From a virus: 41,776 bases of DNA. The notes under the pieces are model-generated. The model did not search any database. It was not told where the DNA came from and was given only the letters and a program-made list of their open reading frames with translations. The stretch lies in IMG/VR virus record IMGVR_UViG_3300045988_070752, one strand, 5' to 3'. Of this stretch, positions 6,802-13,466 are shown in pieces (positions within the stretch are counted from its first letter, which is position 1; the number at the start of each line of letters is the position of its first letter). The translations under genes were made by a program, and so were the position numbers.

Positions 6802-6836
6802 ATTTCAATCCGCGATCCCCGGGTTGCTAGGGATAC
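6802..6836 (-). repeat. CRISPR-repeat-like unit 1: GTATCCCTAGCAACCCGGGGATCGCGGATTGAAAT
   Basis: 35 nt on the minus strand. 5-bp stem ATCCC/GGGAT, 10-nt loop, 3' tail CGCGGATTGAAAT. The tail resembles the GTGGATTGAAAC/T end of type I-C repeats (from memory). Confidence 0.6.
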
Positions 6837-6871
6837 CACAATACATAGCATCCAATGTATTGGACAATTTC

Positions 6872-6900
6872 TTTATATCACATTTTGTTCTTAATGTCAA
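6872..6900 (-). promoter_or_regulatory. Near-consensus promoter TTGACA-17-(TGa)TATAAA driving the ncRNA locus
   Basis: Minus strand: -35 TTGACA 6900..6895 (overlaps the stop of the 6897..7217 ORF), 17-nt spacer, extended -10 TGaTATAAA (6877..6872). Confidence 0.7.
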
Positions 6901-7217
6901 TTCTTTCTCCTGATTTTTACTTCCAGCACCTTCCCGTTTTCCATCACTGGTTTCACTTCCAGCTCGTTTTCGTCCGCTCCTTTGATTTCTTCCAGGCTTA
7001 ATGAGATTTCCTGTCCTTTCCCGATCAGCCGCTTGGCCAGCGCCGTCACGTATCGCATTGTCTCCTGGTTGACTGCTGCCGTTCTGGTAATCTCTTCCCT
7101 TGCTCCGATCTCCAGCTTCATACATTCTTTTGCTAGCATTTCCGCCGTATCAAACCTACGTTTGTAATATTTTACATTCTCTTTTTCTTTTTTCAGTCTT
7201 TTTGCAAGTGTTTTCAT
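6897..7217 (-). CDS. Hypothetical protein (106 aa), last gene of the early operon
   Basis: ORF-track ORF. Charged, coiled-coil-like. Its start overlaps the upstream stop by 4 nt. Confidence 0.55.
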   Translation of the reverse strand: MKTLAKRLKKEKENVKYYKRRFDTAEMLAKECMKLEIGAREEITRTAAVNQETMRYVTALAKRLIGKGQEISLSLEEIKGADENELEVKPVMENGKVLEVKIRRKN

Positions 7218-7423
7218 TCTTCCTCCATCAGCCTTTTTGCATGTTTGCAGTTTTTGTAGTTAAATGATTCACAAAATCTCCTGCTGTGTGTGATCCGTTC
7301 TGTCTCATTTTTAAATCCTATGGCGTTGTCTGTATCTTTGTACAGGCCCTGGCATCGTATTTCATTCTCTCTGTTTCTCTTTTTCTTGTAAAATGGGCAT
7401 ATTACAATCTCTTTGCTGTTCAT
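7214..7423 (-). CDS. Small Cys-rich hypothetical protein (69 aa from the ATG at 7423)
   Basis: MNSKEIVICPFYKKK...IRCQG...FCESFNYKNCKH, possible metal-binding cysteines. RBS GGGAG/GAGG upstream of 7423. Confidence 0.5.
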   Translation of the reverse strand: MNSKEIVICPFYKKKRNRENEIRCQGLYKDTDNAIGFKNETERITHSRRFCESFNYKNCKHAKRLMEEE

Positions 7424-7562
7424 CCTCATTCTCCCTTTCCGGCAATTTGTCAAGATATTCCTCGTCATTTCCCATGGCGACTGCTGCCGCTATCGCTCCT
7501 ATGATAAAACTTACTGTCGCTACCACCATTACCAAAGCCGCAAGCGCTACAATTTCAATCAA
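7362..7562 (-). CDS. Small membrane protein (66 aa, TTG start)
   Basis: N-terminal hydrophobic helix IEIVALAALVMVVATVSFIIGAIAAAVAMG. RBS GAGGGAGG 9 nt upstream of the TTG. Overlaps the next ORF by about 60 nt. Confidence 0.4.
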   Translation of the reverse strand: MIEIVALAALVMVVATVSFIIGAIAAAVAMGNDEEYLDKLPERENEDEQQRDCNMPILQEKEKQRE

Positions 7563-7577
7563 TCTCTCGTTCCTCCC

Positions 7578-8204
7578 TCATTCTTTTGGTTTTTCACATC
7601 GCTCAAATTCGATAACCCACACCCATGGATTTGCAGCCCACCCATAACTGTCAAAGTCGGATTTCTTGATGGTGCTGTCCCAGATTTCGGCAAATCGTTC
7701 TATTGCTGTCCGTCTCATTTTTTCTTCCCAGCCAACGTTTTTGCCATTCTTCCAGTTTGCACCCTCTGCTTTTGCTCCATCATCGGTGATATCCTGCAAC
7801 CGTTCTACCCTGACATTTGTCACCCTTAGCCAGATACGCGCCGCTTCTTTTGGCATGTGGATGGATGGGTGCCAAGCGCCTCTCCAACCTTCAGGTCGCA
7901 GATCTCCATCTGCCCTGTAATAGTAGATGGGATGTCCCCGAAAATGACCTGCTTCATTGACCGGAAGTCCGCACCATGTTTCTCTAACATAAAGGATGTC
8001 TCCCGGCTTATACGGTGAGCCTTGTTTTATAAAGTATTCTGAACATATAGGACCGCTCCATTCTCCCTTTTTCAGTACATTCCAATATTCCGCTTTCTCA
8101 TCAAATGGAATCCCGCCTTTTAAAATTCTCCTTGTACAAGTCTTCCGCCCGTCCAGAATTGCCCGCACCATCTCTCCATTAAACAAAATAGGCTTAATTT
8201 CCAT
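7578..8204 (-). CDS. ASCH-like (PUA-fold) domain protein
   Basis: N-terminus MEIKPILFNGEMVRAILDGRKTCTRRIL plus GDILYVRETW, a pattern I recognise from phage ASCH-domain proteins. Confidence 0.55.
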   Translation of the reverse strand: MEIKPILFNGEMVRAILDGRKTCTRRILKGGIPFDEKAEYWNVLKKGEWSGPICSEYFIKQGSPYKPGDILYVRETWCGLPVNEAGHFRGHPIYYYRADGDLRPEGWRGAWHPSIHMPKEAARIWLRVTNVRVERLQDITDDGAKAEGANWKNGKNVGWEEKMRRTAIERFAEIWDSTIKKSDFDSYGWAANPWVWVIEFERCEKPKE

Positions 8205-8236
8205 CCTCGTTACCCCTTTCCACTATTTGGATTGCC

Positions 8237-8524
8237 CTATCTGCCAGCCACATGTTGCTTCCACCTTTCAAAAAATCGTTCTTTCTTCTCCTGCATCTCT
8301 ATCAGATCTGTTTTTAATCCCAACTCCCTAGCGCACTGTACGACATCTGTATACTCTTCTCTTAGATTTTCCAGTGCCTCTTCTTTTGTCACCGGTGTCG
8401 GATTCTCTTTTCTGACTATCCTGGCCAGTTTCAGCGCAGCTTTTCCGAGTTCTGCGCATTCTTCTGCCAGCTGCTCCAGCATGGCAGGATAACCTATGTA
8501 ATCTACGATCTTTTTCGCCATCAT
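8237..8524 (-). CDS. MazG-like nucleotide pyrophosphohydrolase
   Basis: 95 aa. LEQLAEECAELGKAALK...EEYTDVVQ, the EExxE...ExxD four-helix pattern of small phage MazG proteins. Confidence 0.6.
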   Translation of the reverse strand: MMAKKIVDYIGYPAMLEQLAEECAELGKAALKLARIVRKENPTPVTKEEALENLREEYTDVVQCARELGLKTDLIEMQEKKERFFERWKQHVAGR

Positions 8525-8733
8525 ATCCCGCCTTTCATCTGCATCAGCGGACACCTGTTGCATTTGCTGTTATCAACAGCGTTACCATACGCAGATTTCA
8601 GGGCCTTATAGTTATGATCCGCGATGTGTAATAGTTTAATCAGTTCCGTTTTCTTCATTGCTCCCAAAGTGGAATCTGCCGGAAGCGGTTCTCCTGTTAT
8701 TCCTTCGCCAAAGCCGGTAAAGTCAATCATCAT
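8521..8733 (-). CDS. Hypothetical protein (70 aa)
   Basis: MMIDFTGFGEGITGEPL... RBS ACAGGAGAG upstream of the ATG at 8733. Confidence 0.45.
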   Translation of the reverse strand: MMIDFTGFGEGITGEPLPADSTLGAMKKTELIKLLHIADHNYKALKSAYGNAVDNSKCNRCPLMQMKGGI

Positions 8734-8764
8734 ATCTCTCCTGTCATTTTTAGATAATCGTCTA

Positions 8765-9031
8765 TTAACTCCCAAATAATTCCATGCTGATCGTTTTCGC
8801 CATACCTCTGATCTGCATTGCTGCCTCTTCATTTATTTGCGCATTTTCTATCATGCTCTCCGGTGTTTTCTCATCTTCTTGTTTTATCTCTTTTCCCTTT
8901 CCGGTAATTGTGGCGTAAATGTTTATCAATATGCATTTTGCTTCAAAAAGCGCTTCTCTTGTCTCTCTTTCATAGTCAGCAACGCACCTTTTTGGTTCCG
9001 CTTCCGCTTTGCAACATTCGTTATTGTTCAT
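8765..9031 (-). CDS. Hypothetical protein (88 aa)
   Basis: ORF-track ORF. Its start overlaps the upstream methyltransferase stop. Confidence 0.5.
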   Translation of the reverse strand: MNNNECCKAEAEPKRCVADYERETREALFEAKCILINIYATITGKGKEIKQEDEKTPESMIENAQINEEAAMQIRGMAKTISMELFGS

Positions 9032-9887
9032 TTCTTTCCTCCTCGTTTTTCATAAAATCTTCAATGTTCATCTGTGCATCCTTTTCGAATATCAGCATTT
9101 CTCTCTTTGCCCGGTCGTAAAACGTGCGATCAATTTCAAATCCATAGGCATTCCTTCCTAGCTCCGCCGCTGCCCGAAGCGTTGATCCAGATCCACAGCA
9201 CGGATCAATCACAATGTCCCCAGGATCTGTGAATATCTCTATCAGCCTTTTTAGGAGTGCTACCGGCTTTTGTGCTGGGTGAATTTTAGGGATGTCCTTC
9301 CCGTCTTTTTCCCAAGGAAACCAGTTGAATACCATCCTCCCGGTTCCCCTGATTGTCTTGCCATCCTCATCCCGCTGTGCTCCGTTTCGGAATTTTGGAA
9401 GCCTATCACGATAGAATACCAGAGCGTACTCCGTTGCCCCTACAACCCGCATATTTGCCTTTAGCACTTGTGGACTGTAATTTTTCACAAATACTAACGG
9501 TATGTAGTGTATAAATCCATGCTTGGTTGCTGCCGTTATCAGTGTCTGAAATTGCTCAAATGCACAAAACACGATCATGCACGGGCTGTCACTGCTCCGT
9601 CCCCTAACAGACTTTTTCTTGTCCTCTTTTTTCAGCATCCTGCTGCAAAAATGAAAATATTCGTAAAGATTGAAATTGAAATCTGAATTGAACGCCGCTT
9701 TCCCGGCAAGCTTGCTTTCTCCGTTTGAATTATCGCCCCCCTTATACCACATCGGATTGCTGCCATAGAAGTTGCTGCCTACGTTATACGGTACGTCCGC
9801 AATCACAAGCTGTGCTCTCGGTATCCCGTATTTTTTGTAATTTTGCATCGAATCTCTGTAAATTTCACATTTCGTCTTCATCTTCAA
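9021..9887 (-). CDS. DNA methyltransferase (N6_N4_Mtase family; N6-adenine or N4-cytosine)
   Basis: DVPYN (DPPY-type motif IV) near the N-terminus. IHPAQKP and VIDPCCGSGST (SAM-binding motif I) near the C-terminus, i.e. the beta-class order. Confidence 0.85.
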   Translation of the reverse strand: MKMKTKCEIYRDSMQNYKKYGIPRAQLVIADVPYNVGSNFYGSNPMWYKGGDNSNGESKLAGKAAFNSDFNFNLYEYFHFCSRMLKKEDKKKSVRGRSSDSPCMIVFCAFEQFQTLITAATKHGFIHYIPLVFVKNYSPQVLKANMRVVGATEYALVFYRDRLPKFRNGAQRDEDGKTIRGTGRMVFNWFPWEKDGKDIPKIHPAQKPVALLKRLIEIFTDPGDIVIDPCCGSGSTLRAAAELGRNAYGFEIDRTFYDRAKREMLIFEKDAQMNIEDFMKNEEERNEQ

Positions 9888-10206
9888 ACTCCATTCCCAA
9901 CTCTTTCATAATATCCAACCCTATCTCGTCCACAAATGCCTCATTCATCAGCCTGAAATAATCCGGATCATCCTTTACATATCCCATGCTCGGCTTTACA
10001 AAACCAATAAATTTTCTGATTCCTGCTGCCTTGCAGTTAAATTTCCGATAAAGATAATCTGCACTTATCAATGCAAAGCTTGCAAATGCTCTCATAAGAT
10101 ACTGTTCGTCATCCTGGGCCCGGCGCTTTTTATACTCCTGGCTATTCAGTATTTCTTTTGTTAGCTTCTCCACTTTTGCCCGGCGAAGCATTTCTCTGTT
10201 CGTCAT
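9865..10206 (-). CDS. Hypothetical protein (113 aa from the ATG at 10206)
   Basis: MTNREMLRRAKVEKL... RBS GGGGAGGAAC. The longer annotated ORF (to 10365) is an out-of-frame overlap with the C5-MTase. Confidence 0.5.
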   Translation of the reverse strand: MTNREMLRRAKVEKLTKEILNSQEYKKRRAQDDEQYLMRAFASFALISADYLYRKFNCKAAGIRKFIGFVKPSMGYVKDDPDYFRLMNEAFVDEIGLDIMKELGMEFEDEDEM

Positions 10207-10865
10207 CTTTTGTTCCTCCCCACTGCTCTGCCATTGCCCGCGCGATCCCAGGAAATGTCTTTGATCTGTTCTTCGCCCTATCCTTTGTAAACATTCCTCT
10301 GTATTCTTCTCCGTGTTTGCCGCTATAGCTCCCGCTTGGGCACCATGTAGCAACCGGATCAACAATGTTTGTCGGCTCCAATTTTGGCAGCCCTTTCAGC
10401 CAAAGGCAGGTTTTCTTTTTGTACGGATGTCCATATTGCCACGGTTCGATGGTTTGTGTCCTCTCCGGCATTCCGAACACTCTTGACGGGATTGGATTTT
10501 CTATGCAGATTTTTTGTATATCTGACCACCAAAACCTCATAAATAAATCTCGTCCTTTAATTCCCAGAGTAACCCTGTCAGCCTGTAACTGATGATTTTT
10601 CCACAGGTGTCTCGCTCCTGCGTTTGACAAGTATGTGCATGGTGGATGTGCTATGAGCATGTCCCATTGTCCAATCTCATGCACCGTTCCGTCCATGGTT
10701 TCTACAATCCCCCCCCTGGATGGCTTTCAGTGCATCTCCCATAATGTGCCATTCCGGGTGCCCACCGGACGGCTCCTGAACGTCGCAGGAGTAGGCTTCA
10801 TGTCCTTTTTCCCGGAAAGCCTTACATACCGTCTGGCTCTCTTCGCACGCTATCAATATTTTCAT
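10142..10865 (-). pseudogene. DNA cytosine-C5 methyltransferase interrupted by a frameshift at a G8 homopolymer
   Basis: N-part MKILIACEESQTVCKAFREKGHEAYSCD... and C-part ...WDMLIAHPPCTYLS...CIENP... lie in two frames overlapping at 10677..10716. Removing one G from the G8 run gives ...IQGGIVETMDGTVHEIGQWDMLIAHPPC in one frame. The 724-nt length is 3n+1. Confidence 0.8.
10709..10716. repeat. Homopolymer C8 on the plus strand (G8 on the coding strand) at the methyltransferase frameshift point
   Basis: Counted directly: ...tctacaatCC CCCCCCtgga... Confidence 0.95.
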
Positions 10866-11152
10866 TCCGCCACACCCTCGTAAAAGATTTCCATGCCGCG
10901 CCCCAAGGCAAACCCATATTCCCGGTTTGCCCCGCAGGACTGCTGCCAGCCTTTTAACATGTAGATCGCATCGCACTCTTCCAGCATCCACAGGTCAAGT
11001 CCGAGAAGCTCTTCCCTTGTCATTCCTTCCCCGTCAATCTCTGCTGGATTCACGACTTCATGTCCGGCTTCCTTCATTTTCTCTTCTGCGGCTTTAAAAT
11101 TCTTTTTATATCCTTCTATTCCCGCCATGGGGCCACTGATGTAGATCTTCAT
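10862..11152 (-). CDS. DUF4406-like (nucleoside 2-deoxyribosyltransferase-like fold) protein
   Basis: MKIYISGPMAGI...VVNPAE...ECDAIYMLKGWQQSCGANREYGFA matches the pattern I recall for DUF4406. ATGA coupling on both sides. Confidence 0.6.
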   Translation of the reverse strand: MKIYISGPMAGIEGYKKNFKAAEEKMKEAGHEVVNPAEIDGEGMTREELLGLDLWMLEECDAIYMLKGWQQSCGANREYGFALGRGMEIFYEGVAE

Positions 11153-11886
11153 GCTTTATCCTCCAAAAAATCATATATGTTGATTTGTGCTGCATATTCT
11201 TCAAGTCTCCCTTTTGACAGGTCATAATAATATTTGTCCTTTTCAAACCCGACATACTGCAGTCCTGCGTCATGTGCTGCCATCAAACTACTTGCACTGC
11301 CTACGTGAGTATCAAGGATCTTCATTCCGCGCTGTGCGTATCTTGCGAACAGCCAATCGTACAATGCTTTTGGCTTCTGCGTTGGGTGTATTCGCTTTTC
11401 GTTCAGTCTTTTATTCCCTTGCTGAATATGACCCTCACTGATTGACTTCCCTTGAAACATTCCATTCCACATGTACCTAAAAAGCCTAACAGAATCATGC
11501 AGACTGCAGTAAGCGATCTCGCAATCCGAAAAAACGCTATCCCCATTGCATTTATCCCAGACTATTCGCCCCGGGCCAAAATGGTAATCAAAGTAGTTGC
11601 ACCCCCATACAATCTGATTTTTCGATACCCGGAACAGTTCTCGGAAGTACTCTGCATTTGGTACGTCCCACTTTGCAATTTTTCTATATACCACCCGCTG
11701 AACTCCAATGGGAGATATCTTCCGTCCATAGCACTCTCTGCGCTCCGGGCCTGAAAAATATGGTGGATCCACCACAGCCAGATCGAAAAATTTGTTCGGG
11801 AATTCTTTCATACCGTCCATACAATCCATGTTATAATACCCAAAATCCATCATGGCATTACCCCCTGAAATCTCTGATATATCCAT
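11149..11886 (-). CDS. DNA methyltransferase (N6_N4_Mtase family)
   Basis: AVVDPPYF motif IV, IHPTQKP, and ILDTHVGSASS motif I-like at the C-terminus. The start could be 11886 or the internal MM at about 11853. Confidence 0.85.
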   Translation of the reverse strand: MDISEISGGNAMMDFGYYNMDCMDGMKEFPNKFFDLAVVDPPYFSGPERRECYGRKISPIGVQRVVYRKIAKWDVPNAEYFRELFRVSKNQIVWGCNYFDYHFGPGRIVWDKCNGDSVFSDCEIAYCSLHDSVRLFRYMWNGMFQGKSISEGHIQQGNKRLNEKRIHPTQKPKALYDWLFARYAQRGMKILDTHVGSASSLMAAHDAGLQYVGFEKDKYYYDLSKGRLEEYAAQINIYDFLEDKA

Positions 11887-11910
11887 CTGACCGTCACCGT
11901 CAAATCCTGG

Positions 11911-12096
11911 TTAAATCCTTTGTAAGCTTTTAATTTTTCCATGCTTCCTCTCCCTTTCTTTTTGATTCGATTCCGCTCTCCGTTTTATCGGGTCATACCC
12001 CAGCCTTCCATCCCATATGCAGTCCTTGTACCGGCAGGAGAAGCAATCGGGATGTGTGCAGTATTCCGGTTTTGTGTCTCTTCCCTTCTTAGGCAT
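11911..12096 (-). CDS. Small Cys-rich hypothetical protein (61 aa)
   Basis: ORF-track ORF with CTHPDCFSCRYKDC. Confidence 0.45.
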   Translation of the reverse strand: MPKKGRDTKPEYCTHPDCFSCRYKDCIWDGRLGYDPIKRRAESNQKERERKHGKIKSLQRI

Positions 12097-12277
12097 TTCG
12101 TTTCATCCTCTTCGCTTCTGCGATCGTCAGACATTCTTCGTATTCTCCCAGACGGTTTACGATATCCCCAAACACCGCCTGAGCCGCCTTGTCGCTCATC
12201 ACCCGGAATTCTCCTGCTCTTTGTAACGGAACCCGAAACGTCACGCCGTCCGGGTTTTTCTGTGTCATCCTTTCCAT
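12089..12277 (-). CDS. Hypothetical protein (62 aa)
   Basis: ORF-track ORF in the tightly packed early operon. Confidence 0.45.
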   Translation of the reverse strand: MERMTQKNPDGVTFRVPLQRAGEFRVMSDKAAQAVFGDIVNRLGEYEECLTIAEAKRMKRNA

Positions 12278-12438
12278 TTTGTCCCTCCTTGGCTTGTGTA
12301 GGCATATGCAGGTCTTTTAAACTCCTCCACCGCTTTTTGGCTCTTGTTTTTGATGTAGTCTTCATACATTCCTTCTTTTCGGTCGTGGATCTCCTGCATC
12401 ATCTGGTCTTTTTCTTTTTGTGTTTTGTTCTCTTTCAT
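12265..12438 (-). CDS. Small hypothetical protein (57 aa)
   Basis: Hand-translated MKENKTQKEKDQMMQEIHDRKEGMYEDYIKNKSQKAVEEFKRPAYAYTSQGGTKWKG. ATGA overlap with the upstream stop (12435..12438). Confidence 0.4.
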   Translation of the reverse strand: MKENKTQKEKDQMMQEIHDRKEGMYEDYIKNKSQKAVEEFKRPAYAYTSQGGTKWKG

Positions 12439-12659
12439 TTCTTCTCCTTATAGGGCTTTGGCAGCTCCATCCATGCTACCGGGTTCGGATTTTCCCACAT
12501 AGGGTATTCTCCCAGCATCCACCCTTCTTTCGGAAGATAAGATGCGATCATTATGGCTTCTTCCAGTATCGTCCTGGCGTCTGGTCTCCCGCTTATCTGT
12601 ACCAGTACAAATCTGTCTGTACCCGGTAATTTGTCCTCGACTGGTATCCATTTACACAA
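12435..12659 (-). CDS. DUF551-like phage protein
   Basis: 74 aa. WIPVEDKLPGTDRFVLV...VAWMELPKPY, the W..v.d.LP...W..LP.p pattern of DUF551. Confidence 0.6.
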   Translation of the reverse strand: MCKWIPVEDKLPGTDRFVLVQISGRPDARTILEEAIMIASYLPKEGWMLGEYPMWENPNPVAWMELPKPYKEKK

Positions 12660-13062
12660 ACGGCAATTCCTCCTCTATTCCGTCAGGGATGTTCATGAAT
12701 CCGTCCCCAACTCCCGGGGCCGGCTTTTGCTCGTTGTTTGCCGCCTTGCTCTCTGCAAACTCCATTTCCTCTACCATGATTTGCACGGCGTATACCTTAT
12801 GGCCGTCCCGATCTGTGTAGTTGTTGTTCTCAACTCTTCCGGTTATGAGCATCTTTATCCCCTTTTTCAGATATTTTTCCACAAACTCTGCCTGTCTGCC
12901 GAAGCACACGCAGTTGAAAAAGTCCGCATCCGGGCTGCCGTCTTTCTTAAACCGCCTGTCTACTGCCAGCGAAAACCGGCCAACTGCTGCCGCCTCCGGA
13001 TCCTGCGGGTATCTGATCTCCGGATCTCTGGTCAGCCGCCCCATTAAAATCACTTTGTTCAT
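12652..13062 (-). CDS. ssb: Single-stranded DNA-binding protein
   Basis: MNKVILMGRLTRDPEIRY...FFNCVCFGRQAEFVEKYLKKG OB-fold, plus the acidic C-terminal tip DGIEEELPF. Confidence 0.92.
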   Translation of the reverse strand: MNKVILMGRLTRDPEIRYPQDPEAAAVGRFSLAVDRRFKKDGSPDADFFNCVCFGRQAEFVEKYLKKGIKMLITGRVENNNYTDRDGHKVYAVQIMVEEMEFAESKAANNEQKPAPGVGDGFMNIPDGIEEELPFV

Positions 13063-13466
13063 TCGATCTCACTCACTTTCGCTATCTTTTCTTCTCTCTT
13101 GATCCTGATGTTCCCCTTTGCCCAGCCGATTGTCACCTTCGTTCGGTCATCCATCGTCAAGGCAGCCTTGTCCATCTCTTCGTCGTAGATGTGCGTGCAG
13201 ATGTTTTTCAGTGTTTCTCGGAACTGTTCCTTCTGTTCCTCAAACATCTGATCTACCTTCTTGCCGCACTTTTCCAGCACTCTTTCTCTCTTTTTCGCTT
13301 TCAAGGCATCGTCGCATGTGCATTTTTCTGTCGCCGCCTTGTCCAGCATGGCCTCCGTCCACGGCCCATCAACCTCCATCTGGTAGGTCTGTCCGCAAAA
13401 CTTGCACGCCCCCACCTCGATTCTGGTGGAATCCAGCTTTTTTTCTACAGGTACTGCTTCTGTCAT
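13059..13466 (-). CDS. Hypothetical Cys-containing protein (135 aa)
   Basis: ORF-track ORF with CKFCGQ...CTCDD. Overlaps both neighbours by 4 nt. Confidence 0.5.
   Translation of the reverse strand: MTEAVPVEKKLDSTRIEVGACKFCGQTYQMEVDGPWTEAMLDKAATEKCTCDDALKAKKRERVLEKCGKKVDQMFEEQKEQFRETLKNICTHIYDEEMDKAALTMDDRTKVTIGWAKGNIRIKREEKIAKVSEIE

Larger units (their letters stand above)
6645..6865 (-). ncRNA. Predicted ~220-nt structured non-coding RNA with two diverged units, each a hairpin plus a CRISPR-repeat-like module
   Basis: Own consensus promoter (6900..6872) and terminator. Two ~105-nt paralogous units. Both predicted stems covary between units while the loops (GATGC; TAGCAA) and flanks (TGTGGT; CGCGGATTGAAAT) are conserved. 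The conserved bases fall in different reading frames in the two units. Confidence 0.6.

Noticed and set aside
6698-6836. Calling the two repeat-like units a canonical CRISPR array
   Set aside because: There are only two copies. They are about 60% identical rather than near-identical. They are 68 nt apart (a typical spacer is 30-40 nt), the sequence following each unit is itself partly conserved, and there are no cas genes in the genome. I report it as a CRISPR-repeat-like ncRNA, not as a CRISPR feature.
6694-6852. A 52-codon minus-strand ORF (MLCIVVSLATRGSRIEIVTVKIKSRNAFNKSSAKDALRCGSVSNSYRRGLKW) running through both ncRNA units
   Set aside because: It has no Shine-Dalgarno sequence. The nucleotides conserved between the two units (TGTGGT..., CGCGGATTGAAAT) are read in different frames in unit 1 and unit 2. 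The substitutions preserve base pairing rather than amino acids.
10677-10716. Programmed ribosomal frameshifting to make the full-length C5-methyltransferase
   Set aside because: Restoring the frame needs a +1 (or -2) shift on a G8 run with no obvious downstream stimulatory structure. Phase variation or a homopolymer sequencing error is more parsimonious.
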